Counted from the stretch's first letter, positions 37,874-51,069 are shown. The stretch: DNA of 64,000 nt from Mytilus edulis (GCF_963676685.1 NC_092348.1:37014001-37078000); one strand, 5' to 3'. Notes: generated by a model from the sequence alone, not told the origin. Translations and numbers: made by a program.

Positions 37874-39028
37874 TTAGTTCTCTCTAACTTCTATACTCGT
37901 ACTTATCTTTTGATGGAGGAGAATGAGAGTCTGAGCAGCTGATTTTCTTTTCGTTGGAATACGTAAAATTTCTCTAAGCCTCTGTCGAAAAGAGGAACTC
38001 ATTGTCATAAATATAAAGAAATTAGATAAAAATCCTATATATACGATTAGGTTGAGGATTGTGGCGGATATGAATCTGCTCTCTATATCTAATTCTGATC
38101 GTGTTGGGTCGGGTTCTACAATTATCCATGTATAGACAACAGCAAATGGTAGTTCCGTTACCAAGAAACATACTAAAATAATAATAATTGTTTTATTAGT
38201 TCTGTCTATGTATCTAAATTTACGTCTCTTTGAAGCAGTCTCAGTTTGGAGCCTTGCCATTTCATTCTTTGCTTCTTTAAGCTTGAAAATTAGCACAACA
38301 GTGACCACAGTAAGGATGCAACAGGGCAGTATTGTTCCTATTGTATCTTTCATCCATGTTACAACTAAGTTTTCTTCTTCTGATGTATCCCGTCCACTAC
38401 ACACACAAATATTGCTGATGAATTCATTGTCGTCTGTGTTGTATAGTGTGATAGAGCGATATATTTTGCTGTGTAAAGTTGGTATGATGTTTATTGAAGC
38501 AGAAAATATTACTATGAACACTATTCCCAGAATTGAATTTTTCATGGTTGCAATCCTTCGACCACTGAATAACATAGATACCACGATAAGACGGTGTATT
38601 GCTAATGTTGTTGTCAGCCATTTTGAAATGCAATGAAACATAGAGGCTAAATAATAAGAAAGATCGTGGAAAATACAAAACGGATATTTCATAACTTTGA
38701 AATTGTTTTCAAATCCATAGACAAGAATAAACGTTGGACTAATAACTAATATTCCTAAACTGTCTGAAAGCGCAAGTGCGGTCAGTAGAACATTTGTTGG
38801 TGATTTCCGGTTTGTTGTCATGAACACGGTGATGGCTAATGAGTTAAGAACCAACAAAACTAATGCTATGATAGGAATCACGTACCCATATATAGGGTTT
38901 GACAAATACTCTGATTTATTATATGTCAAACATAGTTGATGATAATACTCTGAAGCGTTGTCACTGTTTATATGCAAGAAGTTGCTCAAATTGGAGGAGT
39001 AAAAGAATGCATTGTTGTTGTTCATCAT
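37874..39028 (-). CDS. Class A peptide GPCR, sex-peptide/FMRFamide receptor-like (Srw-type), intronless
   Basis: Seven hydrophobic segments; N-terminal N-glycosylation sequons; LN in TM1; LALSD in TM2; SKWLTTTLAIHRL in TM3; LP in TM5; VTELP in TM6; NFFIFxxMSSSFR in TM7/helix 8. This pattern is typical of the family. Confidence 0.85.
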   Translation of the reverse strand: MMNNNNAFFYSSNLSNFLHINSDNASEYYHQLCLTYNKSEYLSNPIYGYVIPIIALVLLVLNSLAITVFMTTNRKSPTNVLLTALALSDSLGILVISPTFILVYGFENNFKVMKYPFCIFHDLSYYLASMFHCISKWLTTTLAIHRLIVVSMLFSGRRIATMKNSILGIVFIVIFSASINIIPTLHSKIYRSITLYNTDDNEFISNICVCSGRDTSEEENLVVTWMKDTIGTILPCCILTVVTVVLIFKLKEAKNEMARLQTETASKRRKFRYIDRTNKTIIIILVCFLVTELPFAVVYTWIIVEPDPTRSELDIESRFISATILNLIVYIGFLSNFFIFMTMSSSFRQRLREILRIPTKRKSAAQTLILLHQKISTSIEVREN

Positions 39029-40232
39029 TGGAATTTGTCTCTTTGGTAAAGTGTTAAATTATCGACTTCATATTTTACTAGTGCTTGTCCAAACAACTTC
39101 CTGTGTTCTATATTGATTATCTAATCAGATAATAAAAAAACATTCAACTTTATATGTTTGAGTAGTATATTTAATCAAATTTAAAATCAGTTTATACATA
39201 ATAAAACAAGCCATTGGACACAAAAATTGTTTCCACATATATTTCAATTTGTACGTCAATGGTCAATTTTCGATATAAAACGGTCCTCTAACAACTATTG
39301 GTTCCATATAATTTTTGTTTATTTATCAAATACGTAACGGAGCGGCTTGTTTAAAAGTGCGGAACATTAGTTTGTGCCTCTTTATGATGTCCGCTACTCC
39401 GTTTCAAAATAACATTTTTATCAGATGACTGTTATAAATTGATAGTATATAAATTAAGGAACTGAAAACGCGGAAAAAAGGGTCCTTTTTCTTGTTTTCG
39501 AGATATAAGCATTGACATTTTGGCGGGAATTAATTGTCTCTAGAATTTTTATAGATTTGACAGCGATATCCTTTTTCTTTCATATAATGTGCAAACACGG
39601 CTTTTTAAACTGTACATGTATGTTATCAAATTATGAAAAGAAAAATAAGGGGTATCGGTAAAATTTGTTTAATGGCACTACATGGACAAAACTGGGATGA
39701 TTTCTTATGTTTGGCAAGAACTCAATAACAAAATTTCTTTCATATCGAATCAATTTGTAAACCATCAACGTTTTTCTACCTTTCACCAAATGAAACTTTC
39801 CTAGTTACTCTCAAAAACATACTATTTCTTTACACATAAAATAAAATTCAAAAAGTGCATTGGATTTAAGCTAGATTTTTATAAAATACGAAAACTTTTC
39901 ATGCTTTTTCAGTAATTTAAATCAATACATAGTTTATAAAAAATACTCACTCATACATTCGAATTTCAACTTCGTTATGATAGAATTAGTTGTTCAACAA
40001 TCAGATTACCCCATTGTTTTGTAACTGTCATGGGCGAACAAAAGTGAGTGATGAAATATATATTTCCAAAATAGAAACATGTAAAACGAAATGACTTCAT
40101 TTAACACATGACACCTCCTGACACCTGATATTTCTGGTATGACAAAAAAAAACAGAGTTATTTCTACTTGCGAAACGTGTACCTCGATTAGGGGTATATG
40201 TTCTGCCATTGATTTTCTTTTCTATGTGTTAT

Positions 40233-40509
40233 GAGGGGGAGGACAGGGGTAAGGGAGACAGGGAGAAAGGGGGTAGGAGACAGGAGAAAGGGGGTGGGAG
40301 AAAGGAGAAAGGGGTAGGCGAAAGGAGAGGAAGGCTGGAAAAAAGGAGAAAAAAATTGGAGAAAGGAGAAAAAGTTGGAGAAAGGAGAATTTTTTTTAAT
40401 TTGTCTCAAAAGGAGATGTTTTATTTTAATGGGAGAAAGGAGCACGGGGGTAGGAGAAAGGAGAAGAGGGGTGGGAGAAGGAAGAAGGGTACCCCCTGTC
40501 CCCCCCCTC
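40233..40509. mobile_element. G-rich MITE with 6-bp TSD
   Basis: TIR gagggggaggacagggg / cccctgtcccccccctc. The direct repeat tgttat is at 40227-40232 and 40510-40515. Internal ggagaaa repeats. Confidence 0.7.
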
Positions 40510-41877
40510 TGTTATTATCTTTCGCAATATTAACGTTAGGACACGGACACATATTATCGTTTTGATTTAATATTTTATGATACAACGGACAAAAGAGTTC
40601 ACGTAGCAATGCAATCAAATTGATATAATACCATTTTGTTTATCACCAGACAACATATCGAAAAGAAGGTTTCAAAATTTGCGGTAAAAATGCATTAACA
40701 GTATTAACAGTAGGGACTTAGCTTTGATACAAACGTCTGAACGTACGATTTTTTACTCACTCCTATTGATTGATAAAGGCTAGCAGTACTAGAACGTGCT
40801 TGTCGAACGATTTTGCATTTAAAAGTTTGACACTTGTATCTTTTTTTGTTGTTAAAACCATGATAAAGAGGAGTGGTGTAAATTGTATGTTGTCGGTTGA
40901 TTTCTGAACGATAGAGCAGGGCGGTATAAAGGGCGAAGGTGAGGATGATTTTCATAAAATATTTGCCACTGGACTCTTTTAAAACATCCAAAGAAATATC
41001 AATTCATGACATTACGGATAATTTTCTGTGACACTGCTATCATATTTATTTATATTTTACAGCCGAAGAGCACGCCCAAAACAAAAACTAAGAGTAATGT
41101 GGAAAAAAATACAGAACAGATAGATGGATAGACAAACAAGCGAATTGATCCTGTCGTCGAAAATCGCGGTTTTCTGCAACATCCTGAACATATAAACACC
41201 AGCACAACTGGACTGAAGTTTTGTTACCAACCGTGTTGTTCGAAACTTATACAGTATATTTTAGTATGAGGACAGCAATTTCAAACATTTTACAAAATTG
41301 TGTTTGTAATATTTAAAAAAAAAGAGTTCTTATTAGAAATGACTAGTTGCTTTTTAAATTGAGATTATATTTAATCTAGCCAATTATCAACTACGAAAAA
41401 GGCGAAATACGTATAATAACGAATTTTTCAATCAAAATAAGAAGAAACGTTCTCCAAGTTCATTTTGCACATTGATTGATATATAAGGTCTTCAAACCCT
41501 TTATGTTACATATGTTTAAATCTGAAAGAATTGAATTATTTTATTTTTAAAGATACAAGATAAGCATCTTTGATCCACTTTATCATTTTATTTGGATACT
41601 TGCAGATATCTTTTCAAAGTTCAAGATAACATCAGAAAAAAACCCCGAGTAAAACCAATAAGTTGGGGTGCTACAAATGTATAACCAAACAACCCGGATG
41701 TTGAATCAGTGACCATGGTTTTGAACCAAAGAACCCGGATAGAACCAAGGTTCAGAAGCACAAGACCATGATACAACCAAGGTTTTGAACCAGAGTGCCC
41801 GGATAGAACATAATTGCATTACCTTTGAAGAATTTCCCAAAACTTTTATTTATTTAGTATATTTTTATATAAATCAC

Positions 41878-43270
41878 TCCCTCTAACACTCTCACCTCCT
41901 CTCTCACACAAACTCTTCCTCTTACACACACTCTCCTCATCTCTTTCTCACACAATTTCATCCTCTTACACTTTCCGCCACTCCTCTCATATACATTCTC
42001 TCCTCTCACCTCTCTCTCACACTCTCCTCCTCTCTCACACACTCTCTTTTATCACACTCTCCTCTCACACATTCTGCTCTCTCACACACTCTCCTCTCTC
42101 ATACACTCTCCTCTCTCACACACTCTCTTTTATCACACTCTCCTCTCACACATTCTGCTCTCTCACACACTCTCCTCTCTCATACACTCTCCTCTCTCAC
42201 ACACTCTCTTTTATCACACTCTCCTCTCACACATTCTGCTCTCTCACACACTCTCCTCTCTCATACACTCTCCTCTCTCACACACTCTCCTCCTCTCTCA
42301 CACACTCTCTCCTATCACACTCTCTCCTATCACACTCTCCTCTCACACATTCTTCTCTCTCACACACTCTCCTCTCTCACACACTCTCCTCCTCTCTCAC
42401 ACACTCTCTCCTATCACACTCTCTCCTATCACACTCTCCTCTCACACATTCTTCTCTCTCACACACTCTCTCCTATCACACTCTCCTCTCAAACATTCTT
42501 CTCTCTCACACTCTCTCACAGTCTCTCCTCCTCTCTCACACATTCCCCTCCTCTCACTCACACACACTCTTCTTTCACATACACTCTCTCCTCTCATCTC
42601 TCTCACACTCTCGTCCTCTCTCACACACTCTCCTCCTCTCTCACACACTCTTTCTTATCACATTCTTCTCTCTCACACACTCTCCTCTCTCCTATCGCAC
42701 TCTCCTCTCACACACTCTCCTCCTCTCTCACACACTCTTTCTTATCACATTCTTCTCTCTCACACACTCTCCTCTCTCACACACTCTCTCCTATCACACT
42801 CTCCTCTCACACATTCTCCTCCTCTCTCACACTCTCTCCTCCTCTCACACTCTCTCCCTCCTCTCTTTCTCTCTCCTCCTCTCACACTCTCTCCTTCCTC
42901 TCTCACACTCTCTCCCTCCTCTCTCACACTCTCACACTCTCTCTCTCTCTCACACTCTCTTCTCCTCTATCACACTCTCTTCTCCTCCTCTCTGACACTC
43001 TCTCCTCCTCCTCTCTCCCTCCTCTCTCACACTCTCTCTCACACTCTCCTCCTCCTCTCTCACACTCTCTCTCACACTCTCTTCTCCTCTCACACTTTCT
43101 CCTCCTCCTCTCTCACACTCTCTCCTCCTCTCTCACACATTCACCTCCTCTCACTCAAACACACTCTTCTCCTCTCACATACACTCTGCTCCTCTCATTC
43201 ACTCTCCTCTCACACACACTCTGCTCCTCTCATTCACTCTCCTCTCTCACACATTCTCCTGTCTCACACG
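41878..43270. repeat. CT/CA-rich minisatellite, including an 81-bp higher-order unit
   Basis: Almost entirely C/T/A on the + strand. actctcttttatcacac recurs at 42041, 42122 and 42203. Confidence 0.9.
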
Positions 43271-43404
43271 CCCAACCGTTTACTTTAGCCAAACCCTTAA
43301 CACCCCTCAACCTTAACCTATAGACAGATAACCCTCTTGACACTTAACCTTTTTCGCCATCATACCCACCTTCGCATATCTACCCGTATAAACCACTTTA
43401 CTTT

Positions 43405-43560
43405 GCTTACCCCTTACTATGTTTACCCCTTACTATGTTTATGTTTACCCCTTACTATGTTTACCCCTTACTATGCTTACCCTTATCTTTACCTACACGT
43501 AATCATACCTATCCATAAGCGCCTAACCCATTAACCATAACCCATTAACCATAACCTACC
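43405..43560. repeat. Short tandem repeats (ttactatgtttacccc; ccattaaccataac)
   Basis: Directly visible tandem copies. Confidence 0.8.
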
Positions 43561-44534
43561 ACCTACACCCTTTCATTTCCTCTACCCTACGCGAAACTTA
43601 ACCATTACTGCTATACATGAGCCAAAACCTCTCCCAATAAATGCTCTGTATATTATGACTGTTTCCCACCCACATGAGAAATATCAATATGACAGACATT
43701 CCAAATGTCTACAACAGTACAGGAGTTCTACTCCTTCAGGGCTGTGGATACCACAGTCCATCGGGGAGGACACCACTGTCAACCAATGCCTGGGAAAGGT
43801 TAGTACTCGTCCCTTCAGTTAACCTTCATTAGGTAAGAGTACAACACCAAATAAGAAAATCTATGCTTTTTATTGCAATGAAAATGTCATTCCTCATCGG
43901 TCTTTTATCATTTTACAATTTGCAATATATACCTGTATGAAGAATCTACTTATTTGTTTTTATTTTCATATCACTTTTTTATTATTCTTGACCCTTTTTA
44001 TGTTCAGTTAGCTATAAAATTTCTTACACTTTGTATGCGAAAAAAATATTAAATGAGATGAAATCAAGGGTGCTAACTGTGACAATCCTTAAGTATTTTA
44101 ATATATAACGTAACAAATGTACGGCTAATTAACAGATTGTACAATGTATGTTAAAATCAGTTCACTCTTAATCACAGTAACCACTGAACTGTACAAATTT
44201 CAACTGAACATTAATATCTTAAATTTTAATTTGTATTATACAGATTTTTCTAATGAATAACTTTTTTTATATCTGACTCTCAAAAACTCTGTTGAATAAT
44301 AACAGCTCCTGTTGTTTCCTATTATCTTTGGTTGGCCCATTTGTTCATCATATTTGTGATGATTCAGTCATCTTTTGAATAACATATTTTTATTGTTGAA
44401 TTCAACTGCACTTGGTTGTATTGGGACTTTCCAGTTAATGTCTGCTAAAGGGGGATGGGATGGATGGTCTTTTCTGAGGGGTGTAAAATTTAAACATCTT
44501 AGGGGTGTAATTTTTTTTTTTTTTTTTTTCATCT

Positions 44535-44913
44535 GACACGTTTTCAATTCCTTTTTCGCGTATTCCTAGTGGCTAGGTATCAAGTGTTTAAAACACGGGA
44601 ACTAGGCTCTCAATTCCTTTTTCGCGTATTCCTTAAACTTAATTAGGTCTCAAGTGTTTTAAAACGGGAACTAGGCTTTCAATTCCTTTTCGCGTATTTC
44701 TTAAGCCTAGGTCTCAAGTGTTCAATTAAACACGGGAACTAGGCTCTCAATTCTTTTTTCGCGTATTCCTTAAGCCTAGGTATCAAGTGTTTAAACACGG
44801 AACTAGGCTCTCAATTCTTTTTTCGCGATTTCCTTAAGCCTAGGTCTCAAGTGTTTAAACACGGGAACTAGGTTCTTAATTCCTTTTTCGCGTATTCCTT
44901 AAGCCTAGGTCTC
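44535..44913. repeat. Tandem repeat, ~60-bp unit, about 6 copies
   Basis: Unit aacacgggaactaggctctcaattccttttcgcgtattccttaagcctaggtctcaagtgttt. Confidence 0.9.
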
Positions 44914-46974
44914 TTATAATATAAACTCTAAAAGTCAAAAACCTTTTTTAGATGCAAACGCGTATCTAAATAACTATAAACGTTGTTTATCGTTTCTATT
45001 TCGTGTAATCAATCGGTATAGATGAACAATCGTTTCTGACAATAAACAAGGCGAGGTTTCATTTCAAATCAAGGATTCTGATGTGATTAGAATTGTTCCC
45101 CTTTGGACAGTTTCACGGAAAATTTCAAACTTAGTATCGAATGGTTGTAGAAAAAACTAAATATTACAGATTTTTTTAAACGATGATTTACATCCAAACA
45201 TAAACTCACAGAATTAATCTTAATCTTATGTCTCTATATAACGGATTGTTTTGTGATGTTCATTTGCCTGATATGTTATATATAAATAAATGAAATGAAA
45301 ATAATTCTTGAGATTGCGTTTTATTTTTTTTATTTTCATTCTAGTTCTCTCCATCTTATAAAGAAAGCCCTTCCAACTTTCATGAAATTGTCCCACATGA
45401 CATCTCTTTTTTTTTTTAAAGTACAGACTATCGATATATCATGATCTCCTTCCAAAGGTCTTTAAGATCAACGATGGCTGCTAAAATAAAAAAAAATAAG
45501 CATGACTTTCACATCCTAACCTGCATCCCCCCACCCCCCCCCCCCCACCCACCATCCACTTTCCCTCCAAAGAACTGTGATGCTGTAGTACTCAGCCATA
45601 TTCAAAAATATTAAATATGTCGTTCATATAACTACTCATTCGTATTAGCAAAATCATAAGATGAAATGATAGTTACACGCGGGACTTTTTTTCTTTGCAG
45701 GCCTATTAAAAATAGGCAAGTTACAGTGTTTTCCGTGACTGAAATTCTGGATAATTGTACATTTTGTACCATAGTATTGTATCGGAATCAGACGAAGACA
45801 AATCTTTATTTTATCAGATAACGAACTGTGAAGACACAATCCAGTCAAGTCCATCAAAGATGAAGTCAAATAAACAAATCGTTTATTTCAGCGAAAATAG
45901 GGTTGATCTGTTAAATCATTTTTCGCTATTGAAAACTGTAAGAGGTACAAAACAAATTTCACTCCTATATTATTTTTTTTTTTGGTGTACTTGTATGTAA
46001 GCACTAAATTATAGCGGTTACATTCAGACATAATTTAACAGGACAAAACAGTTATAAAATATTCCAAAGGATTAATTTTCATGATGGTTGACTACGTAAG
46101 AGGGTGAGATATATATATTTTTTCAATTTCTTCGAATCTAGGACTTATTACGAATTAATTGTTATTTTTTTTTAAATAAAATCATGTATTTCGCTTCATA
46201 TAATTTTGTTTGATTTTTGTTTGTGTTTTTATACTACTGCCGCAGGTTATTGAATGATTGGGCGCTTACGAACGTGTGTTACCGCTCCAAATACTTTTTT
46301 TTACAAACTGTCAAGAGCTTGAAATAATTTGGTTTTCGTTGGTTGTTGTCTATCCTATTGGTTTTTATTTGTTCTTTAAAGTTAACTAGTCCATTGAATT
46401 CTTTGTTTAAGTATTCAGATTGTGCCATTCCTAGCTTACTATGGAACATGTTTTGCTCATTGCCGAAGAACATACGACAAGACAAGGTACTGTAACAGTT
46501 GAATTCATCCTCGTACTCTAGTGTCTGGCGAAAGTTGTGTCATTGGGAACCGAACCAAATGTCCTAATCCGTATGATAAAAATCGCATTACAATGCAAAC
46601 GAAAAAATCAAAATTCAAAAAAATAACGCGAAAGCTTACTGCATTTTAATCACATGTTAAACACAGAAAACACCTCGTACTCCTATTTACATTACTATTA
46701 GGCAGTAGGATGAAAGGGAAGATGTACAAATTGCGGATATACTCATGCTCCACAGTAATAAAATGGGTGCATGACTTTGCATGTTAACCATGATTAACAT
46801 CCCTACACTTTTTATTTTTATGATATAGTTTTCCTAATCTGTAAACTTTTATTGAAAGCCACTAAACATTGTAAGGAAGTGGTGTTGACAAGGTTTTTGC
46901 ATGATGAACATACAAATCTACACTAAAACGGACATATTTAAGGGGCTAGATCGTATAAAAACTTTATATATACC

Positions 46975-47980
46975 GTGCGTTCGACGCGCTTTTATGAATT
47001 TTCATTCAACAGAAACGCTGGAATTGAAACATGCGGTAAGCCAAGAAACATGTAGAATGCAAAACATATTCCTTGGTATTTTCCTACACAATTAATAGCC
47101 ATGTTTTTTACATCATTCGAAAGGAAACAAACACGTTAAGAGTTATATAACAAAAAGTGACTTAAAAGAAAACAAATGCATCTACAGGCAACTTAGCACG
47201 ATGGAGTTTGATTCTAAGTTTTTACAGAGAATTTAAAATAGTATGATGAAATTCATGTCAGTACCGGAGCAATGACTACAATTATATACTGAGTTAATGA
47301 TACTCCGGGAGTAACAATCCATGGCCATTAGTAGTGGTACATTGTATCGATCCACAATGAGGGTCGGTTGAAAACAAAACTTTACGACAAAAGAGATGAT
47401 TTCAGCTTTCCAATTGTGAACTTTCCATTTCTAAGTAGCAACATTCCAGCAGCACCTGCATACGGGGTATATATCTCCCAGTTGATACGATATTCCCGTG
47501 CTTGCATTTCCTATCATGATTTTCTTGATAGAGGGTTGCTGCTCACAAGGAAGCTATTAAACCAAGAGTTCCAAATGGTGAAGTTGAAATCATCCCTTCG
47601 TAAATTTTACGGACGCCATCACGAGTTGGTTGACCGTTATGGAAAAACCGTTTCACAAATGATATCGGATATGTTCCTTACATCGTAACTACATTGCCCT
47701 TCCCTTTCATGAATGTGACCTACCGAATAAGACCATTTACAGGATTTGTTATCACATAAGCAACACGACGGGTGCCGCATGTGGAGTGCTGTTGTTTGTT
47801 TGTCTTTTTCATTTTTAGCCATGGCGTTGTCAGTTTGTTTTAGATTTACGAGTTTGACTGTCCCTTTGGTATCTTTCGTCCCTCTTTTGTATCGATCCAG
47901 TGCTAGTAAATAAAAATAATACTTTGTAAATCTCGTGCGTCCCAAACAATGTTCTAGATATTTCTTCATCAGGAAGACTC
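46975..47980 (-). mobile_element. Decayed second copy of the retrozyme-like unit, interrupted by the Penelope-like fragment
   Basis: Minus strand: cctgatgaaga..ggacgca at 47975-47935; gtagtca..cggtactgacatga at 47280-47253; agcgtttctgttga..aaaagcgcgtcgaacgca at 47030-46976. All match the 24069 unit. Confidence 0.55.
47355..47886 (+). mobile_element. 5'-truncated Penelope-like RT fragment (family A) with 13-bp TSD
   Basis: ORF 47368-47688 (LYDKRDDFSFPIVNFPFLSSNIP..YGVYISQLIRYSRAC) is an RT C-terminal region. The direct repeat ttgtatcgatcca is at 47342-47354 and 47887-47899. Confidence 0.85.
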
Positions 47981-49126
47981 CCTCCAAAATATTTGAAAAT
48001 GAGTATGTATAAAACTTAAATATGCGAAGAACTTAGCCGTTGCGTAATTTTTTGTGTCTCGTTAAAAAGATGAGGTAGTTAGCGGATTTTTAGCATTCAG
48101 GCTGCTTTCCTACACAATAGATATCAATGTTCTGCGTTGCTCATTTCGATGCCTGTCTAACGTCATTTAATAGTAGGTTAAATTTTATAAACGGTTACAA
48201 CAGTATTGTACACAATTGAAGAAAAATGGTACATATCACTATATAACTACCGAAACATCGACAGTTTTCCTCTGTTCAATAAAATGTCCCGATAGACAAT
48301 ATTACACATAGTAAAAATTGGAGGCTATTTATTAAAAGAAATGGTACTTGATTACTAATTTTGTTAGCTCCTTTTAACTGATATGAATGGAAATTACATT
48401 TAATTTTGTAAAATGGTATGATATATATTTTTTTTTGAACTGCAGGTTGAAAATACGTTATGATCTAAGATGTCCGATGACCTGTTACCATAACTGTAAA
48501 TTGATGTTGACGTCATTGAAACGCTAAACATTCATCAAAGTAGATCTGCATTGTATAAAAAACCATGATGCAAGTAAACAAGACATTATTAAACTCGGAT
48601 ACAATGTTATTAGTCATAAATTTGTTCTCTTTACGCGGAGAACACAATTGGTGCTCCATTAGACCAAACCCCTCAAGTTTAAATTTACATACAAATGTAA
48701 TTTGCATATCTTAATCCTTCGTCAACAATTGCCCTTAAAAAAATTAAACAATTAAGCAATTTTTTGTAAATATTTCTTGATTAAGCTTGTTTTTTTTTAT
48801 TACGAATTTGCCAGTATCTTGTCATATTTTTATTGATCGTACCTTCTCCATAACTATTACGCATTGGCAAATAATCATTTTTAAAGTATGTTTTAAATGT
48901 TCACCTTTCACCTTTGAACCTTTGACCTTAACGAAAATTAACTTGTAGGTTTTGTTAACCACCATGAAATCAAAAATTACAGATAATAAGATTTTGTTTG
49001 TTATAGTATTATGCTGTGCGTTATGTTGTTGCATCACAATATGAAGTTCGTCTTTAAATAAGATTGTTTTTAAATTTCACTCGACTGTAAGTGATAGAAA
49101 AGTATTTCATTATTTTCTATTCTTAA

Positions 49127-49558
49127 TAAGCTATAAGTACCGGGCCACGTCCACTTGTATGTTTGTCCATCTGAAGAGTTAAGCCTTTTTCAACTGATTT
49201 TTATAGTTCGTTCTTATGTTGTACTGTTATACCACTGTCCCAGGTAAGGGGAGGGTTGGGATCCTGCAAACATATTTAACCCCGCCACATTATTTAAGTA
49301 TGTGCCTGTCCCAAGTCAGGACCCTGTAATTCAGTGGTTGTCGTTTGTTTATGTGTTACATATTTGTTTTTCGTTCATTTTTTTACATAAATAAGGCCGT
49401 AAGTCTTCTCGTTTGAATTGTTTTACATTGTCTTATCGGGGCCTTTTATAGCTGACTATGCGGTATGGGTTTTGCTCATTGTTTGTTAATGTCTGTGTCA
49501 TTTTGGTCTTTTGTGGATAGTAGTCTCATTGGCAATCATACCACATCTTCTTTTTTAT
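49127..49558 (+). repeat. Dispersed SINE-like repeat
   Basis: Contains tttaaccccgcc..cctgtcccaagtcagg and the tail gtctcattggcaatcataccacatctt. Decayed pieces recur near 15170, 22860, 27250 and 31730 (-). Confidence 0.6.
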
Positions 49559-49683
49559 AATTAATGTTTCGAATGATAAACAGGAAGAATGACTTCTGAT
49601 TCAAGTCGGATTTTTTTTTAATAAAACAACTCTGAATTCTTAGTATGAAATGAATGATTTGGTTATTTTTTCGAGGACTAGTT

Positions 49684-50420
49684 ATGAATACTAACAGTAT
49701 CATCAAGAATTATACATAATGGAACGACGACATAATAGGAAGCCGAATTAAATATTATAGTACTTTCTCTTTATCTCGGTCTTAGTACATGTGTACTTGT
49801 TTTGTTGGTCTATGATGAAAACTATTGCATATCAGTTTTAGCTTTCTTTGATACGATAGCAACAATATATCTTTAAATGCGATATATATATTTCAGACTT
49901 GAATCAAGCTACATTTTCAAACAATTCTTTATGTTAAACTGTGGTGTTTTCGCTGGATTTAGTACTTGTGATCCCGTTTACAAATTGGTAAGTATTGCAG
50001 TACAGCGATAAATGAAAATACTTTTTCTCTGAAACAGAAAATTTCGTCTTAATTGACTTCGTTCTTTATCACAGCGTTAAGTATGTGATATCTTGTATCA
50101 GATGTGGAAAATTGGAAGGTGGACATGTTTTAGAAAGAAACAGACATGCAGTTGAGGCGTGTGTGTTCTTTGCAGTAATAGTAAAAGTACTAACCTTTTT
50201 TTATGGAAAAAATGTCCGTAACCTAAAAATAATTAAAGGCGAGCGACATAAGAGTAAAATAAAAGTTATGGAAACACATTATGAAAGTGAAAGTATTGAT
50301 ACAGAATTATCAAGCACAATCAAAAAAGCAGAAAAACAGTCACCTAATACGAAACTTAACTGCGACGGAGAGTTGTACAAAAAAATTCGTATCGTAAATA
50401 AAGTATAATCATTGTTGTGA
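49684..50420 (+). pseudogene. Decayed paralogue of the 53490/59623 GPCRs
   Basis: The DNA from atgaatact at 49684 tracks the start of the 53490 gene (tggaacgacgacataata, gtactttct, cagttttagctttctttga, ttttcaaacaat, attgcagtacagcgata) with stops and deletions. ORF 50085 RCGKLEGGHV..HAVEACV matches RCGRLREGHA..HAIVACV. Confidence 0.8.
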
Positions 50421-51069
50421 CTTCGAACTTTAAATTATTTTTAGTTAAAGACATTTTGACTGCGTGTGATTTCACATGAATGGCGAGTGGTGCATGCATA
50501 TCACAAGGCGCTTAGCCTCTCGACGCAACCACTCTGACTCCCTTTTGGAGTTTATTCGGTTCCTTTGGATATTTTTGTTGCCTTTATGGCTTTTTTTTTC
50601 TAACAATTTACGCGATTTGAACATCGGTTAACTTCTGTCGCCTTTATCTATCAAGGATATTTTTCAATATAATATCCAAGCCTGTAAATCAAATCAAATG
50701 AGTAATTCAAGACATGACATTATTCTATTTTTGTCACAGAAATATATACCGTTACAAGGGTTTACTTAGTTTAAAGATGGTATGTACTATGTTTTATTTA
50801 ACCTCCTATACATTTCTAGGAATATGATTGGATAAAAGGAATTGGGTCTATATTTTGTATGGGGTTTGTAGGCGTGTTTTATTTCAATACACGATTAGTA
50901 TTGGTATTACGTCCCTTTTTAAAAACAACACAGTGTTGAGGGAAATTCCGAAAGGTTTCAATAGATGATTGAAATAAATTCTTTAAACACATTTTAAAAA
51001 AGCTTACAAGTTGTTATTGTTGGCATTTGTTTTTCTATAGACCAATGTTAGTATGTTCTTTATAGTTGA

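Noticed and set aside
38208-38636. Antisense or overlapping ORFs on the GPCR and EEP genes (also 54272-54643, 19104-19361, 1227-1418)
   Set aside because: Shadow frames of real coding sequence with no independent motifs.
40188-40618. ORFs of 65-118 aa around 40.2-40.6 kb
   Set aside because: Low-complexity translations of the G-rich MITE.
41854-42648. Glu/Arg/Cys-rich ORFs
   Set aside because: Artefacts of the CT/CA minisatellite.
43706-43835. Possible small coding exon (ATG at ~43706, donor-like gttagt/gtaaga)
   Set aside because: No recognisable homology or partner exons; it cannot be supported without transcripts.
44535-44913. CRISPR-like array
   Set aside because: The units are contiguous near-identical ~60-mers with no unique spacers, there are no cas genes, and the context is eukaryotic.
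49171-49200. CTGAAGA as a hammerhead core
   Set aside because: No downstream GAAA, stem III or cleavage triplet.
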